This document shows, in pieces, positions 19,364 through 28,092 of a stretch of DNA of 64,000 bases. Made by a program: the position numbers and the translations under genes. The notes below the pieces were generated by a model, which was not told where the DNA came from, did no database searches, and was given only the letters and a program-made list of their open reading frames with translations. Positions within the stretch are counted from its first letter, which is position 1, and every line of letters starts with the position of its first letter. The stretch covers positions 640,001-704,000 of the forward strand of contig JAVZJD010000002.1 of NCBI GenBank assembly GCA_038870975.1, written 5' to 3'. The DNA comes from Candidatus Bathyarchaeia archaeon. GTDB taxonomy: Archaea > Thermoproteota > CALKCG01 > B24.

Positions 19364-19951
19364 TCACCACTGTCCAATGAATGCTATCCTATTCTTTTTC
19401 TCATTCTTTCTTTCATTCTTTCTCTTCAACGGATTTCTAAAAACTTCCGTCAATTCTTCAAAGGTGGTAGGCTCTAAATCCGCATCCTTCAAGATTTCAT
19501 CTACTGGATAGTTTTCCAACATCTTCAGAAGGTTTTTCAGTTTTTCAACATTTTTATCAGTCACCCGTATTTTCCGAATTCTAAGCCACTTTTCAAGACT
19601 GGACTTATTCAACGGGCATTGGAAGTTGAAGCACCACTCCGCATCCTCACAGGAATCTTTAGTTACGACGATATCCCTGATTATCAAAACATGCATCAAA
19701 TTCCCTACCCTGTAGGGTTTTTTAGAATATCCGCAGATCCCTAAGTTTTGATAGCTTTTTCTACCGAAGCTTATTCCTCTAAAGTAAAGATTGGTCCATA
19801 CAACTGGGTAGAAAGCACCCCTAGATTCCATGAGAACACCTCCCGAAGAAGGGTCTGAAGAGGTCGAATTATGTTGAAGAAACTCCGAGGGCTTCGACCT
19901 TACACCCTTCTTCATTATATTATAATGTTTTAGCGGGTGGAAATTTTCCAT
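19364..19951 (-). CDS. Hypothetical Cys-containing protein (element)
   Basis: C..AEWCFNFQCP cluster; true start may be internal (MESRG, after GGAGGTG). Confidence 0.55.
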   Translation of the reverse strand: MENFHPLKHYNIMKKGVRSKPSEFLQHNSTSSDPSSGGVLMESRGAFYPVVWTNLYFRGISFGRKSYQNLGICGYSKKPYRVGNLMHVLIIRDIVVTKDSCEDAEWCFNFQCPLNKSSLEKWLRIRKIRVTDKNVEKLKNLLKMLENYPVDEILKDADLEPTTFEELTEVFRNPLKRKNERKNEKKNRIAFIGQW

Positions 19952-19987
19952 AAAAAATTTACACTTCCATACTTTTATCCATTAATT

Positions 19988-21094
19988 TTAATCTCGGAGA
20001 AACTCGTACTCGGCTTCATCTCTCCGCCGGTCTCTCAAGCCTAAAGCCTTCCTATACTCGTCGGGAAAAGGTGCTTTATAGTCTTTTAGCCAGTCTAACT
20101 CGCGGAGGCATTTCCATATCTGCATCCTATTTAAAGGCATACCTAGCGATATTTCATCTAGAAAGCTTTTCAAGTAGAATTTGAATGGAAGACCTTTAAA
20201 CTTCCTTTTTTGAAGCCATAAAAGCTCTCGGAAGAAGGCAGAAACCACTATGCTTTTCATGTTGTCTCCATTAAGAACGGTGAATTTTCGTAGGATTCTT
20301 GAGGTCCAAAAGAGCGCTTCCAAATAAATACCGGTTCTATTGACACCCCAGTAGGAAATCCTTAGGACTTCTGATGGACGGATGAATATGGATTCAAAGG
20401 GAAAAATTCCATATCCGAGGAGCCTCGGCAAAACCCTGTAGAAGCGCTTCAGCTCATATTCTCCGGCGATTATCGGTGTATATTCGGGTCGTCTCCATAA
20501 GGCTGTGTACAATGCGCCTGTTAAGATTAGTTCCGTCCGCTCGAGCTCGGGAAGCTTTAAACCAAGCTCTCTTCCAACAATGTATTTCGAATAGAAGTAG
20601 CGTCCAAGCGAGGAAAACTCTCCAATCTTAACCGGGTTTTTGAAAACCTTCTGAAGTATTTTAGCCATTTCTCTCAACCTTCTCTCCTCCTCGGGTAGAA
20701 CTACAATGGTTGAGCCGATTTCGAAGCCCATCAAGTCAAGCGTTTTCCTAGGCGTATACTTCCGCTTCAATTCAGCCCTTTCAACATCCATCTTAGCTTG
20801 TCTCTTTCTCCCCTCTGTGAAATAGCTGAGAAAGCTGTCATCCAACCCCGCCTGCTCAGGCGAATAGATTTCACGGTATTGTTTCTCCAGACATTGGAAG
20901 CACATTAACACGGGTTCTGTGAAAACACCGTCAACAAACTTATGGGCAATATGTAAGTCTGCTATCACAGGCTTAGCGCAGACCCCGCAGCGTCCCCCCT
21001 TCGGCTCATACGGAAGCCCAGAATTCCCCTCCTCTTTAAGCATTTCAGCTAAAACTTCAGTTAAACTTAAATATTCTCTTCTAGTTATATTCAA
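19988..21094 (-). CDS. Hypothetical protein with N-terminal Zn-finger/HNH-like motif
   Basis: CGVC...LHIAHK...LMCFQC; GAGGTG RBS upstream. Confidence 0.6.
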   Translation of the reverse strand: MNITRREYLSLTEVLAEMLKEEGNSGLPYEPKGGRCGVCAKPVIADLHIAHKFVDGVFTEPVLMCFQCLEKQYREIYSPEQAGLDDSFLSYFTEGRKRQAKMDVERAELKRKYTPRKTLDLMGFEIGSTIVVLPEEERRLREMAKILQKVFKNPVKIGEFSSLGRYFYSKYIVGRELGLKLPELERTELILTGALYTALWRRPEYTPIIAGEYELKRFYRVLPRLLGYGIFPFESIFIRPSEVLRISYWGVNRTGIYLEALFWTSRILRKFTVLNGDNMKSIVVSAFFRELLWLQKRKFKGLPFKFYLKSFLDEISLGMPLNRMQIWKCLRELDWLKDYKAPFPDEYRKALGLRDRRRDEAEYEFLRD

Positions 21095-21118
21095 ATGGGT
21101 CCACCTCGGTTATCATGA

Positions 21119-21148
21119 AGCCGTGGGTAGTGGGGGCTACCTACGGCT
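21119..21148. other. GC-rich 12-bp stem-loop between the copG-like gene and the next gene
   Basis: AGCCGTGGGTAG-tggggg-CTACCTACGGCT (one G:T pair). Confidence 0.6.
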
Positions 21149-21156
21149 GACCGTTC

Positions 21157-21324
21157 CTACTGTTGTTCTCCCTCTCCAATATTGAATGCGTTAAGCTCTT
21201 TGAGATAATTTGTAAGCGATAGCACTATGAACTGGCTTCTACTCATTTTCATCTTTTTTCTTACTCTTTCCACTATTTCATCAACACCTTTTGGTATAGT
21301 AAAAGCCCTTATTCTATAATCCAT
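21157..21324 (-). CDS. CopG/RHH regulator (55 aa, not in ORF track) heading the replication operon
   Basis: MDYRIRAFTIPKGVDEIVERVRKKMKMSRSQFIVLSLTNYLKEL...; GGAGGAGGTG RBS upstream. Confidence 0.8.
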   Translation of the reverse strand: MDYRIRAFTIPKGVDEIVERVRKKMKMSRSQFIVLSLTNYLKELNAFNIGEGEQQ

Positions 21325-21881
21325 TTTTCTCTTACACCTCCTCCTACTTTATAGTAAAATAAAAGCACTATTATAAACTTTGTTACAACGACACTTTTAG
21401 AAAAATTCACGATTTTACCGTAAAATTACGATAAGGCTCCATAGTTTTTCCATGAAGTTTACGACAAGCCCATTCTCGGCTTCTATAAAAAATACAGTAT
21501 TTGTACATTCTCAAGTTCCATCAAAATACAGTAATTTTCTAAGGTAACGAAACCTCCGTAAAACACCCTGGCTGAAGACAATTTTAACATTTTCATGTTA
21601 AAATCGAGGCTTCCCCCTTTCTGAAAAGCCTTAGCTGTTTACATTTGTATACAAAAATATAGCGGCTTATGGATTTCGCTTTAGTTTTTTATACCAGAAA
21701 TTTGTATGGGTTTTGTATGGACTCTTTTTATGGATTTTTAGACCCCCCTCCCCTCTTTAACCATTTTTTCGCCTTTTCTTTTGTAAAAAATTGCTCTTTT
21801 CAAACCTACCCCCTCCCCCGTATAGTTTTACCATTATAAATTACCCGTAGTAATATTTACGGCTGAAAAAATATGGGAAAA

Positions 21882-22682
21882 TCACAATAAGAGCTTCTCC
21901 TCCCAAGGCTTTACGGCTTTTAAAACTTTAGATCCAAGCTCTAATAAGTTGGGACGATAGTAGTATCGTGTAAATATTCCTGGCGGAATTCTCCCTTGGA
22001 GAAGATCAACAGCCTCAGTTGAAATATAGCCTCGCATGTATGTAGCCCAGGCTCTTCTGACTTCTTGAAGCTTCATCTTCAGGTTTTCACGGTGGAGCTT
22101 CTTCCTTAAAATATTATAGCTTGTTTCCTCAGTAAACTGTTCCAACGCTTCACGGACTGTTGGACTTATGAAGCTTAGATAGGCGTTCTTCTTAACCCTT
22201 AGAAACTCTTTAAACTTGAAGTGTTCCAACGCCCCGAATTCACGGTTATAGTATCCGTTTAAACCGTGCTGTTGGACCCTTCTAATCACCAAAAAGACCT
22301 CTTCAGCCCTTAAACCTGTGAGGAAGGCTAGGGTGGTGGGAAAGTAGAACCTCCATCCTAGGCTCTTCACGGCTTCAGCCCATTGGAAGAGATCATCTAA
22401 CTTAGAGCCGCCATTCAAGATATTTCTCAGGCTTTCAAAAGAGTTAGAGCTGTTCCATTTTAGACCATATTTCTGTTTAAACTCGTCGAAAAGCTCAGGA
22501 GTTCCAATATACCTTGTGAAGGCTCTAATAGCCTTGAGAAGATTAGCTTTTTGAAAACCGCTCAGATTGTGAATTCGAGGGTCATATTCAAACAACGCAT
22601 AAAAATATTTTTTTGCATAAACATAATTGTTTTTGGCATAAGTTTTCGAAAACCTACTGTTAAGCCAGCTTTTGAAATCCAT
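21882..22682 (-). CDS. C-terminal catalytic fragment of split SSV1-type integrase, int(C)
   Basis: TGLRAEE, RVKK, QEVRRAWATYM, VDLLQGR, FTRYY; frame stays open through att copy 2. Confidence 0.9.
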   Translation of the reverse strand: MDFKSWLNSRFSKTYAKNNYVYAKKYFYALFEYDPRIHNLSGFQKANLLKAIRAFTRYIGTPELFDEFKQKYGLKWNSSNSFESLRNILNGGSKLDDLFQWAEAVKSLGWRFYFPTTLAFLTGLRAEEVFLVIRRVQQHGLNGYYNREFGALEHFKFKEFLRVKKNAYLSFISPTVREALEQFTEETSYNILRKKLHRENLKMKLQEVRRAWATYMRGYISTEAVDLLQGRIPPGIFTRYYYRPNLLELGSKVLKAVKPWEEKLLL

Positions 22683-22711
22683 CCAGTTGAGCGATAAATC
22701 CTCGTAATGAT

Positions 22712-22804
22712 GCTTACAAGGCTGACGCCCTAACCGGTCTGGGCTACGGGGGCCTATATTTCTTTGAAACAGGCTTAAATTTAGAGTTTTCTCCTTTCTA
22801 TCAG
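22712..22804. repeat. 93-bp direct repeat, att site copy 2 (includes truncated tRNA-Thr 5' half, 22712-22753)
   Basis: Identical to 14292-14384; tRNA similarity stops just after the anticodon loop. Confidence 0.97.
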
Positions 22805-22906
22805 GGTATACCTGGGGTTAACCCTATTTGAAGAGCCGCCGTTTTGGACTTCAAAAGAGGCTACTTCCGTTTTAAGGCTTATGAATCTATAGTCTGGTTT
22901 CGGTAG
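22805..22906 (-). pseudogene. Relic of a second int(N) fragment outside the element
   Basis: Translates LPKPDYRFISLKTEVAS..., similar to MPKPGFTCITISTALY of int(N), in the same position relative to att; shortened and out of frame. Confidence 0.5.
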
Positions 22907-23033
22907 ACTTTTAGAGTTAACCTTAACAAAATTACCCTTAACTAGACCGTGTTCCATTTATCAATATAATTCTAGAGTTTAACAACATTTAAGTTATATT
23001 TTTTAGCTGTTTCGGCTTGATCCTCATCCATTG

Positions 23034-23263
23034 TTAGTAGCGGTCCTCCCTCACAGATTTAATAGAGAAGCCCTTAGGCACGTTTGCAGGTCCTTGCTTC
23101 CTCAATTCTTCAACAACCTTCTTAAGGATCTTCTCCCCCCTTATATTTTTCACGCGCTCAATAACGTAGTTTCTCAACTCCTCGAACCAGTTAACTTCAT
23201 CTTTCAACCTATCGAATTCCGCTTTAATTCCTTGGGTACTTTAAAACTTATTGTTTCCGACAT
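23034..23263 (-). pseudogene. Frameshifted VapB/CopG-type antitoxin, no adjacent toxin
   Basis: MSETISFKVPKELK /frameshift/ EFDRLKDEVNWFEELRNYV...VPKGFSIKSVREDRY. Confidence 0.65.
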
Positions 23264-23485
23264 AACAATTAAAAAGTATACAAAAAAGTATCTTAAAAGT
23301 TTACCAATAAGTAGACTAAAATATATTCATCTTTATAGGCACTAAATGTGCGGGATGGTGAACACATAGCATGATACATACCACAATCATAGTGATACCT
23401 ATAGCGGTCACAGTTTCAAGTGCTAAAAAGCTCTTCTTAAATACTACGATGGGCGAGATTCTACGAATAGTAGTCAAGTCGGTCA

Positions 23486-24277
23486 TCAAGATACTCCCAA
23501 TATGTTTTTTACATGCTGTATGTCTTCTTCGGCTTCTTCTCTACTCATGAACCCTATGCATACCGCTGAGACCCCCTTTTGTTCGAAGACCCATTTAAGC
23601 CAGTCGTATATCCGTCCTTCGTCGAATCTACCACTTGCTAGAGGCTTGATCGCTACAACCGGTTTCCTAGTCTTCTTTATAGCGTTCAGAATAGATTCTC
23701 GGTTGGGAAACATGTAGAACCCGATCTTGTTAACAGGAGTTGCAAATATGGAGACATCGTAATCTCCTTCATCGATCATAGTGAGCTTTTCACCATTGTG
23801 ACATGCAACACCAGGAATCATGCCGGCCTCCCTAATCATTTTCAAGTACTTCTCAAGCCCGACGGGCCTCCTGTTTTCAATAGGCCAGGAGTCTATCCAA
23901 CCGCCGTGTATACAGCATATTGGCGAGTATAAACCGTTCAGCATCTTAAGCTGTTTCTCCGTATCTTTAGGATCCCCTATCGTTGTACTTATGAAGATCA
24001 TCTCCTGCCCCGTGTTTCTCTCGGCTATTTTTATAGCCTCTATTAGCCTCGGCCATACTGGACCTAGAACGCCATATACGCCAAGTTTGATACAAAACTC
24101 GAAGACTCTAGCCACTCGTCTAGCCGTATAGTATCTTCTTATCCATCTATCTCTACCTATGCTTGTATGAGACCATCCGAGTAAACTGTTTATCCCTATT
24201 AGAAGCTTTGGCACTTCCACCCCTTCAACCTCTATCGTGGGGAAAACTGTCATATGACCATCTCCTGTAGGATTCAA
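23486..24277 (-). CDS. Aldo/keto-reductase-like TIM-barrel protein
   Basis: PKLLIG, GMIPGVACH, PVNKIGFYM, KPVVAIKPLASG, VCIGFMS..EAEE. Confidence 0.6.
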   Translation of the reverse strand: MNPTGDGHMTVFPTIEVEGVEVPKLLIGINSLLGWSHTSIGRDRWIRRYYTARRVARVFEFCIKLGVYGVLGPVWPRLIEAIKIAERNTGQEMIFISTTIGDPKDTEKQLKMLNGLYSPICCIHGGWIDSWPIENRRPVGLEKYLKMIREAGMIPGVACHNGEKLTMIDEGDYDVSIFATPVNKIGFYMFPNRESILNAIKKTRKPVVAIKPLASGRFDEGRIYDWLKWVFEQKGVSAVCIGFMSREEAEEDIQHVKNILGVS

Positions 24278-24411
24278 CTTTCAATAATAGCAGTTGACCA
24301 CTTAAACCTTAACCACTGCTAACTGAAATGTAGTCATAGCCATCGACTGTTGTAGGACTCTAAAAAACAATATATACTGCTTCCGTAGAAATCTTACATT
24401 TCAGTGGTTAA

Positions 24412-25425
24412 ATGAAGAGTTTGAGGTTGGTTTTCCCAAAACCATTTGAAGTTGAAATCGAGGAGTTTGAAGTAGGCGAACCTAATTCAGGACATGTTTT
24501 AATAGAAACTGAGCTCACCCTCATAAGTACTGGAACTGAGTTGACTGCTTTAACAGGAGACTTCCCTAAGCCTTCCGCTTGGTCAAGTTACGTGAAGTAT
24601 CCATTCATACCTGGATATACATGCATTGGAAGGGTGTTGAAAATAGGACCAAACGTTACAGGTTTTAAAATCGGTGATAGAGTTGCAGCTGTAACTCCGC
24701 ATGCTAGACATTCACTCGCCAAAGCTGAAGACCTTGTTAAAGTACCTGAGGAGGTTAAGCTGGAACATGCCTGTCTTCACACGATAGCGGCTGGTGTTAT
24801 GAATTCCGTCAGATTGGCTCATGTATCATTGGGCGAAGCGGTAGTAGTTGTAGGATTAGGTCTCCTTGGACAGATGACTGTATTGTTCAGTAGGCTTTGC
24901 GGCGCATTTCCAGTAATAGCGGTAGATGTAGCAGATAAGAGGCTTGAGCTGGCTAGACTTTCAGGAGCTACCGCCAGTATCAAGTATACCGGCTATGAAG
25001 ATTTGGAGAGGGAGATTAAGCGGTTGACGGACGGACGAATGGCAGACGTCGTCTTTGAAGTCACAGGTAATCCAAATGTTATACCCTGGGCTATAAAACT
25101 CGCTAAAAAACCGCTCGGCCGCTTTATAGTTTTAAGCTCGCCCAGGGGACCCACCACTTTAGATTTCCACGATGAGGTAAATTCTCCTAGTAGGATTATA
25201 ATCGGGACGCATTTCGGAAGTCAACCTTTTTATGAAACACCATACAACCCCTGGACCAGGAAGAGGAATACAGAGCTCTTCTTCAACCTACTTAAAGCCA
25301 ACATAATAAACCTAAACCACTTCATAACGCACGTATATCCATGGCGTAAAGCCTCTGAGGCTTATAAAATGCTCGTAGAGAATAGAACCCAAGCCTTAGC
25401 AGTACTATTAGACTTCAGAGGATAA
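24412..25425 (+). CDS. MDR-family (Zn-type) dehydrogenase
   Basis: ISTGTE, YPFIPGY, VVGLGLLGQ, DVVFEVTG. Confidence 0.85.
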   Translation: MKSLRLVFPKPFEVEIEEFEVGEPNSGHVLIETELTLISTGTELTALTGDFPKPSAWSSYVKYPFIPGYTCIGRVLKIGPNVTGFKIGDRVAAVTPHARHSLAKAEDLVKVPEEVKLEHACLHTIAAGVMNSVRLAHVSLGEAVVVVGLGLLGQMTVLFSRLCGAFPVIAVDVADKRLELARLSGATASIKYTGYEDLEREIKRLTDGRMADVVFEVTGNPNVIPWAIKLAKKPLGRFIVLSSPRGPTTLDFHDEVNSPSRIIIGTHFGSQPFYETPYNPWTRKRNTELFFNLLKANIINLNHFITHVYPWRKASEAYKMLVENRTQALAVLLDFRG

Positions 25426-25558
25426 ATATGGCTGTCAAAAATATGGGTTTTTAGAGTAAATTAGCAATGTCAGCAATCTAATACGCATGTTAGTTTTAGA
25501 TCAAATGGAAACATCATATAAGTTTATAGGAACCGACTTTAATTCTTTTTAAAACAGT

Positions 25559-26023
25559 ATGCAGATTGACGAGGACGTAAAACTACTTAAACATAGACTT
25601 AAAAGTCTCAAAGCGTCTTGCGTAAAGGCTGTAATAATGTTTGGTTCTAGAGCCAGAGGGGAGATGGAGGAAAAAAGCGATGTAGATCTTCTCATTCTTC
25701 ACGAGAATTGTAGGATTGAAGATCCAGTGTTGAGAAGAAGATACCTATACAACATCATTCAAGAGGCTGTTGGCGGTGTATTTGAAAGTATCACAGTCAT
25801 CGATATGAAACTTGAGCATTTTCTTAAGCCACTAGAAGTTAATTCACTACTTTTAAACATTTACTGGGATTCTATCGTAATTTACGATGAAAACGGCAAC
25901 CTTCAAGAGTTTCTCACGCAGATTAAGGGGGGGATAGCTAAAAGCGGGTTGAAAAGGGTTAAAGATGGAAAAGCCTACCGTTGGATTTTACCAGAGCCTA
26001 TGAAAGAGGTAAAGATCTTATGA
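25559..26023 (+). CDS. Minimal nucleotidyltransferase (MNT) antitoxin
   Basis: FGSRARG...SDVDLL. Confidence 0.85.
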   Translation: MQIDEDVKLLKHRLKSLKASCVKAVIMFGSRARGEMEEKSDVDLLILHENCRIEDPVLRRRYLYNIIQEAVGGVFESITVIDMKLEHFLKPLEVNSLLLNIYWDSIVIYDENGNLQEFLTQIKGGIAKSGLKRVKDGKAYRWILPEPMKEVKIL

Positions 26024-26455
26024 TCTTCAACCCTCTAAGTGAAGTTAGATATAGATATAGACTGGCTATGGAGCATTTAGAAAGAGCTGAAAAGTTGTTC
26101 ATGTTAAGAGATTGGGTTGGAGTAGTATCAGCATCCCAGCTGGCCATTGAAAATTTCGCTAAAGCCGTTATAGCAGTTTTCGAAGTCCCAACATGGAGTC
26201 ACGACCCTTCAAACCAATTGGATAGTTTAATAAAATCGATTACTGAGGAATGTAACAGATGAGGCTAGAGAGCTTGCTAACTTAGCTAGAGAAGTAGCTC
26301 CTGAGCATGGTAGATCAACCTATGGAGAGCCGAGCAGTGGACTAGTACCAAGCGACATATACAGGGAGGAACATGCTTTAAATGCATTAGAAAATTCTAG
26401 GAAAGCTAGAAGAATTGCTGAGAGAATTTTAAATAGTTTAGATGTTAAATTTTGA
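26020..26455 (+). pseudogene. HEPN-domain toxin, +1 frameshift near 26230-26251
   Basis: Frame 1: SQLAIENFAKAV..PTWSHDP; frame 2 continues ..ARELANLAREVAPEHGRSTYGEP..PSDIY..ARRIAERIL to TGA 26455. Confidence 0.8.
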
Positions 26456-26544
26456 ACAGTTTAAAGACTAGGATCTACTCCATGGCAAGTAGTAAAAATA
26501 TAATTATAAGAAGGCGGTATTTGTCGATTTGAAGGTTTTAGTTT

Positions 26545-26967
26545 ATGAGTATGGAGGAGATCAGTAGAACTGTTAAGGAGATAAAAACCCTCGTTGAAAA
26601 CCTGCAGTGTAGAGTTGAAGCATTAGAGAAAGCCGTTAAAACCAGTAATGTGATTGTTAAAGTTGAAGTTCCAAAAGTTATTCTTGAAAAGAAGGCTCTT
26701 GAAATTAGAATTGGTGAAGATGAACTTCTAGGTAGAATGATACTGCTCGTAAAATAGGGTTTCTTTAATGAAGAAAGAACTGCAAGCGATGTAGCGGATG
26801 AATTGATACGAAGATGCTGGCATCCAAAGGATTTGAAGTACATTAGACCAAGCTTAGAGCAACTTGTCATCCTCGGGATTCTAGAAAGGTCTAAGATTAG
26901 GAAGAGGAAGGGTAGGGGTTTTAAATGGGTCTACAGTAAAAGTGGAAACCTCAACTTGACTGAGTAG
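26545..26967 (+). pseudogene. Coiled-coil + wHTH protein interrupted by in-frame TAG (26755-26757)
   Basis: Same frame continues GFFNEERTASDVADEL...LEQLVILGILER...KWVY to TAG 26967. Confidence 0.7.
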
Positions 26968-27084
26968 ACGGCCCAAGTTTACTCTTAACAATAGCCTTTT
27001 TAAATGAAGGCTTACATCGCTACTTCGAGCGGAGAATAGTTATGCTTATAACGGAGTAGATACCTATATAAACTCTTCAGGATT

Positions 27085-28083
27085 ATGGAGTTTAAACTTC
27101 CACAGGAAGTAGTGGATATTATAAACGGTATAAGCTCTATGCAGATAAGAGGAGCGTCGAAAATAGCGGAAGCCGGTATTAAAGCGTTAAGTATAGTTGC
27201 TGAGAACAGTAAAGCCGAAAGCCCTGAAGGAGTATTTGAAGAATTAGACTACGTATCTCAGAAGCTTTTAGCTACACGACCTACAGCCGTCTCTCTTCCA
27301 AACGCTGTAAGGTATGTCATGTTCGAGGTCTATAAGGCTAAAGAAAATGGGTTGAAAACAGAGGAAGTTAAAACCAAAGCTTTAGATGCATGTAGAGAAT
27401 TTCTCAGAAGGATAAGAGAAGCATCCATAAGAATAGGTGAAATAGGGGCTAGGAGAATAAACGATGGGGATACTATAATGACGCATTGTCACAGTACTGC
27501 TGCTTTAAACGTGATAAAGACTGCCCATAGAATGGGAAAAAATATAAAAGTAATAGTTACCGAGACCAGGCCGCTTTATCAAGGGCTGATAACGGCAGAA
27601 GAGCTTGAAAAAAGTGGAATACCGTTTACATTGATCATAGATAGCGCCGCTAGATTCCTCATGAAAAAAGTGGATAAAGTAATTGTGGGTGCAGATGCTG
27701 TAGCGGCTAATGGAGCTGTGGTAAATAAGATAGGTACATCCATCATAGCTTTAGCTGCATATGAGTCTAGAGCATTGGTGTTTGTCGCAGCGGAAACCTA
27801 CAAGTTCAGCCCGGAAACTCTCACCGGAGAACTTGTTAAAATCGAAGAGAGAGACCCAGAGGAAGTAGCACCAGCCAGCGTCTTTAAACGTTGGAAGTAT
27901 GGCTCTATCAGAAACCCCGCTTTCGACGTAACACCTCCAGAATACATAGACCTTATAATAACTGAAAGAGGAATAATACCCCCTCAAGCAGCCTTTACGA
28001 TAATTAGAGATGAGCTTAAAGACATGCCTTACGAATTTCAGATGAAGTATAGCACGTACTGGGAGAGGAGTCTCGAAGTTTAA
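27085..28083 (+). CDS. Ribose-1,5-bisphosphate isomerase (eIF-2B family)
   Basis: IRGAS, TRPTAVSLPNA, THCHS, ETRP, VGADAV, NKIGT, NPAFDVTP. Confidence 0.9.
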   Translation: MEFKLPQEVVDIINGISSMQIRGASKIAEAGIKALSIVAENSKAESPEGVFEELDYVSQKLLATRPTAVSLPNAVRYVMFEVYKAKENGLKTEEVKTKALDACREFLRRIREASIRIGEIGARRINDGDTIMTHCHSTAALNVIKTAHRMGKNIKVIVTETRPLYQGLITAEELEKSGIPFTLIIDSAARFLMKKVDKVIVGADAVAANGAVVNKIGTSIIALAAYESRALVFVAAETYKFSPETLTGELVKIEERDPEEVAPASVFKRWKYGSIRNPAFDVTPPEYIDLIITERGIIPPQAAFTIIRDELKDMPYEFQMKYSTYWERSLEV

Positions 28084-28092
28084 GAGACGGGT

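Larger units (their letters stand above)
14292..22804 (-). mobile_element. Integrated plasmid/virus-satellite-like element (8,420-bp unit) in tRNA-Thr
   Basis: Perfect 93-bp flanking repeats, split integrase, prim-pol/helicase rep gene, RHH regulators. Confidence 0.93.

Noticed and set aside
26260-26262. TGA in the HEPN gene as selenocysteine
   Set aside because: The HEPN-like sequence continues in a different frame, so this is a frameshift and not read-through.
26755-26757. In-frame TAG as evidence of pyrrolysine/amber recoding
   Set aside because: Conserved genes here (proS, rps26e, corrinoid protein) end at TAG at their expected C-termini and no pyl genes are in the window; a nonsense mutation is simpler.
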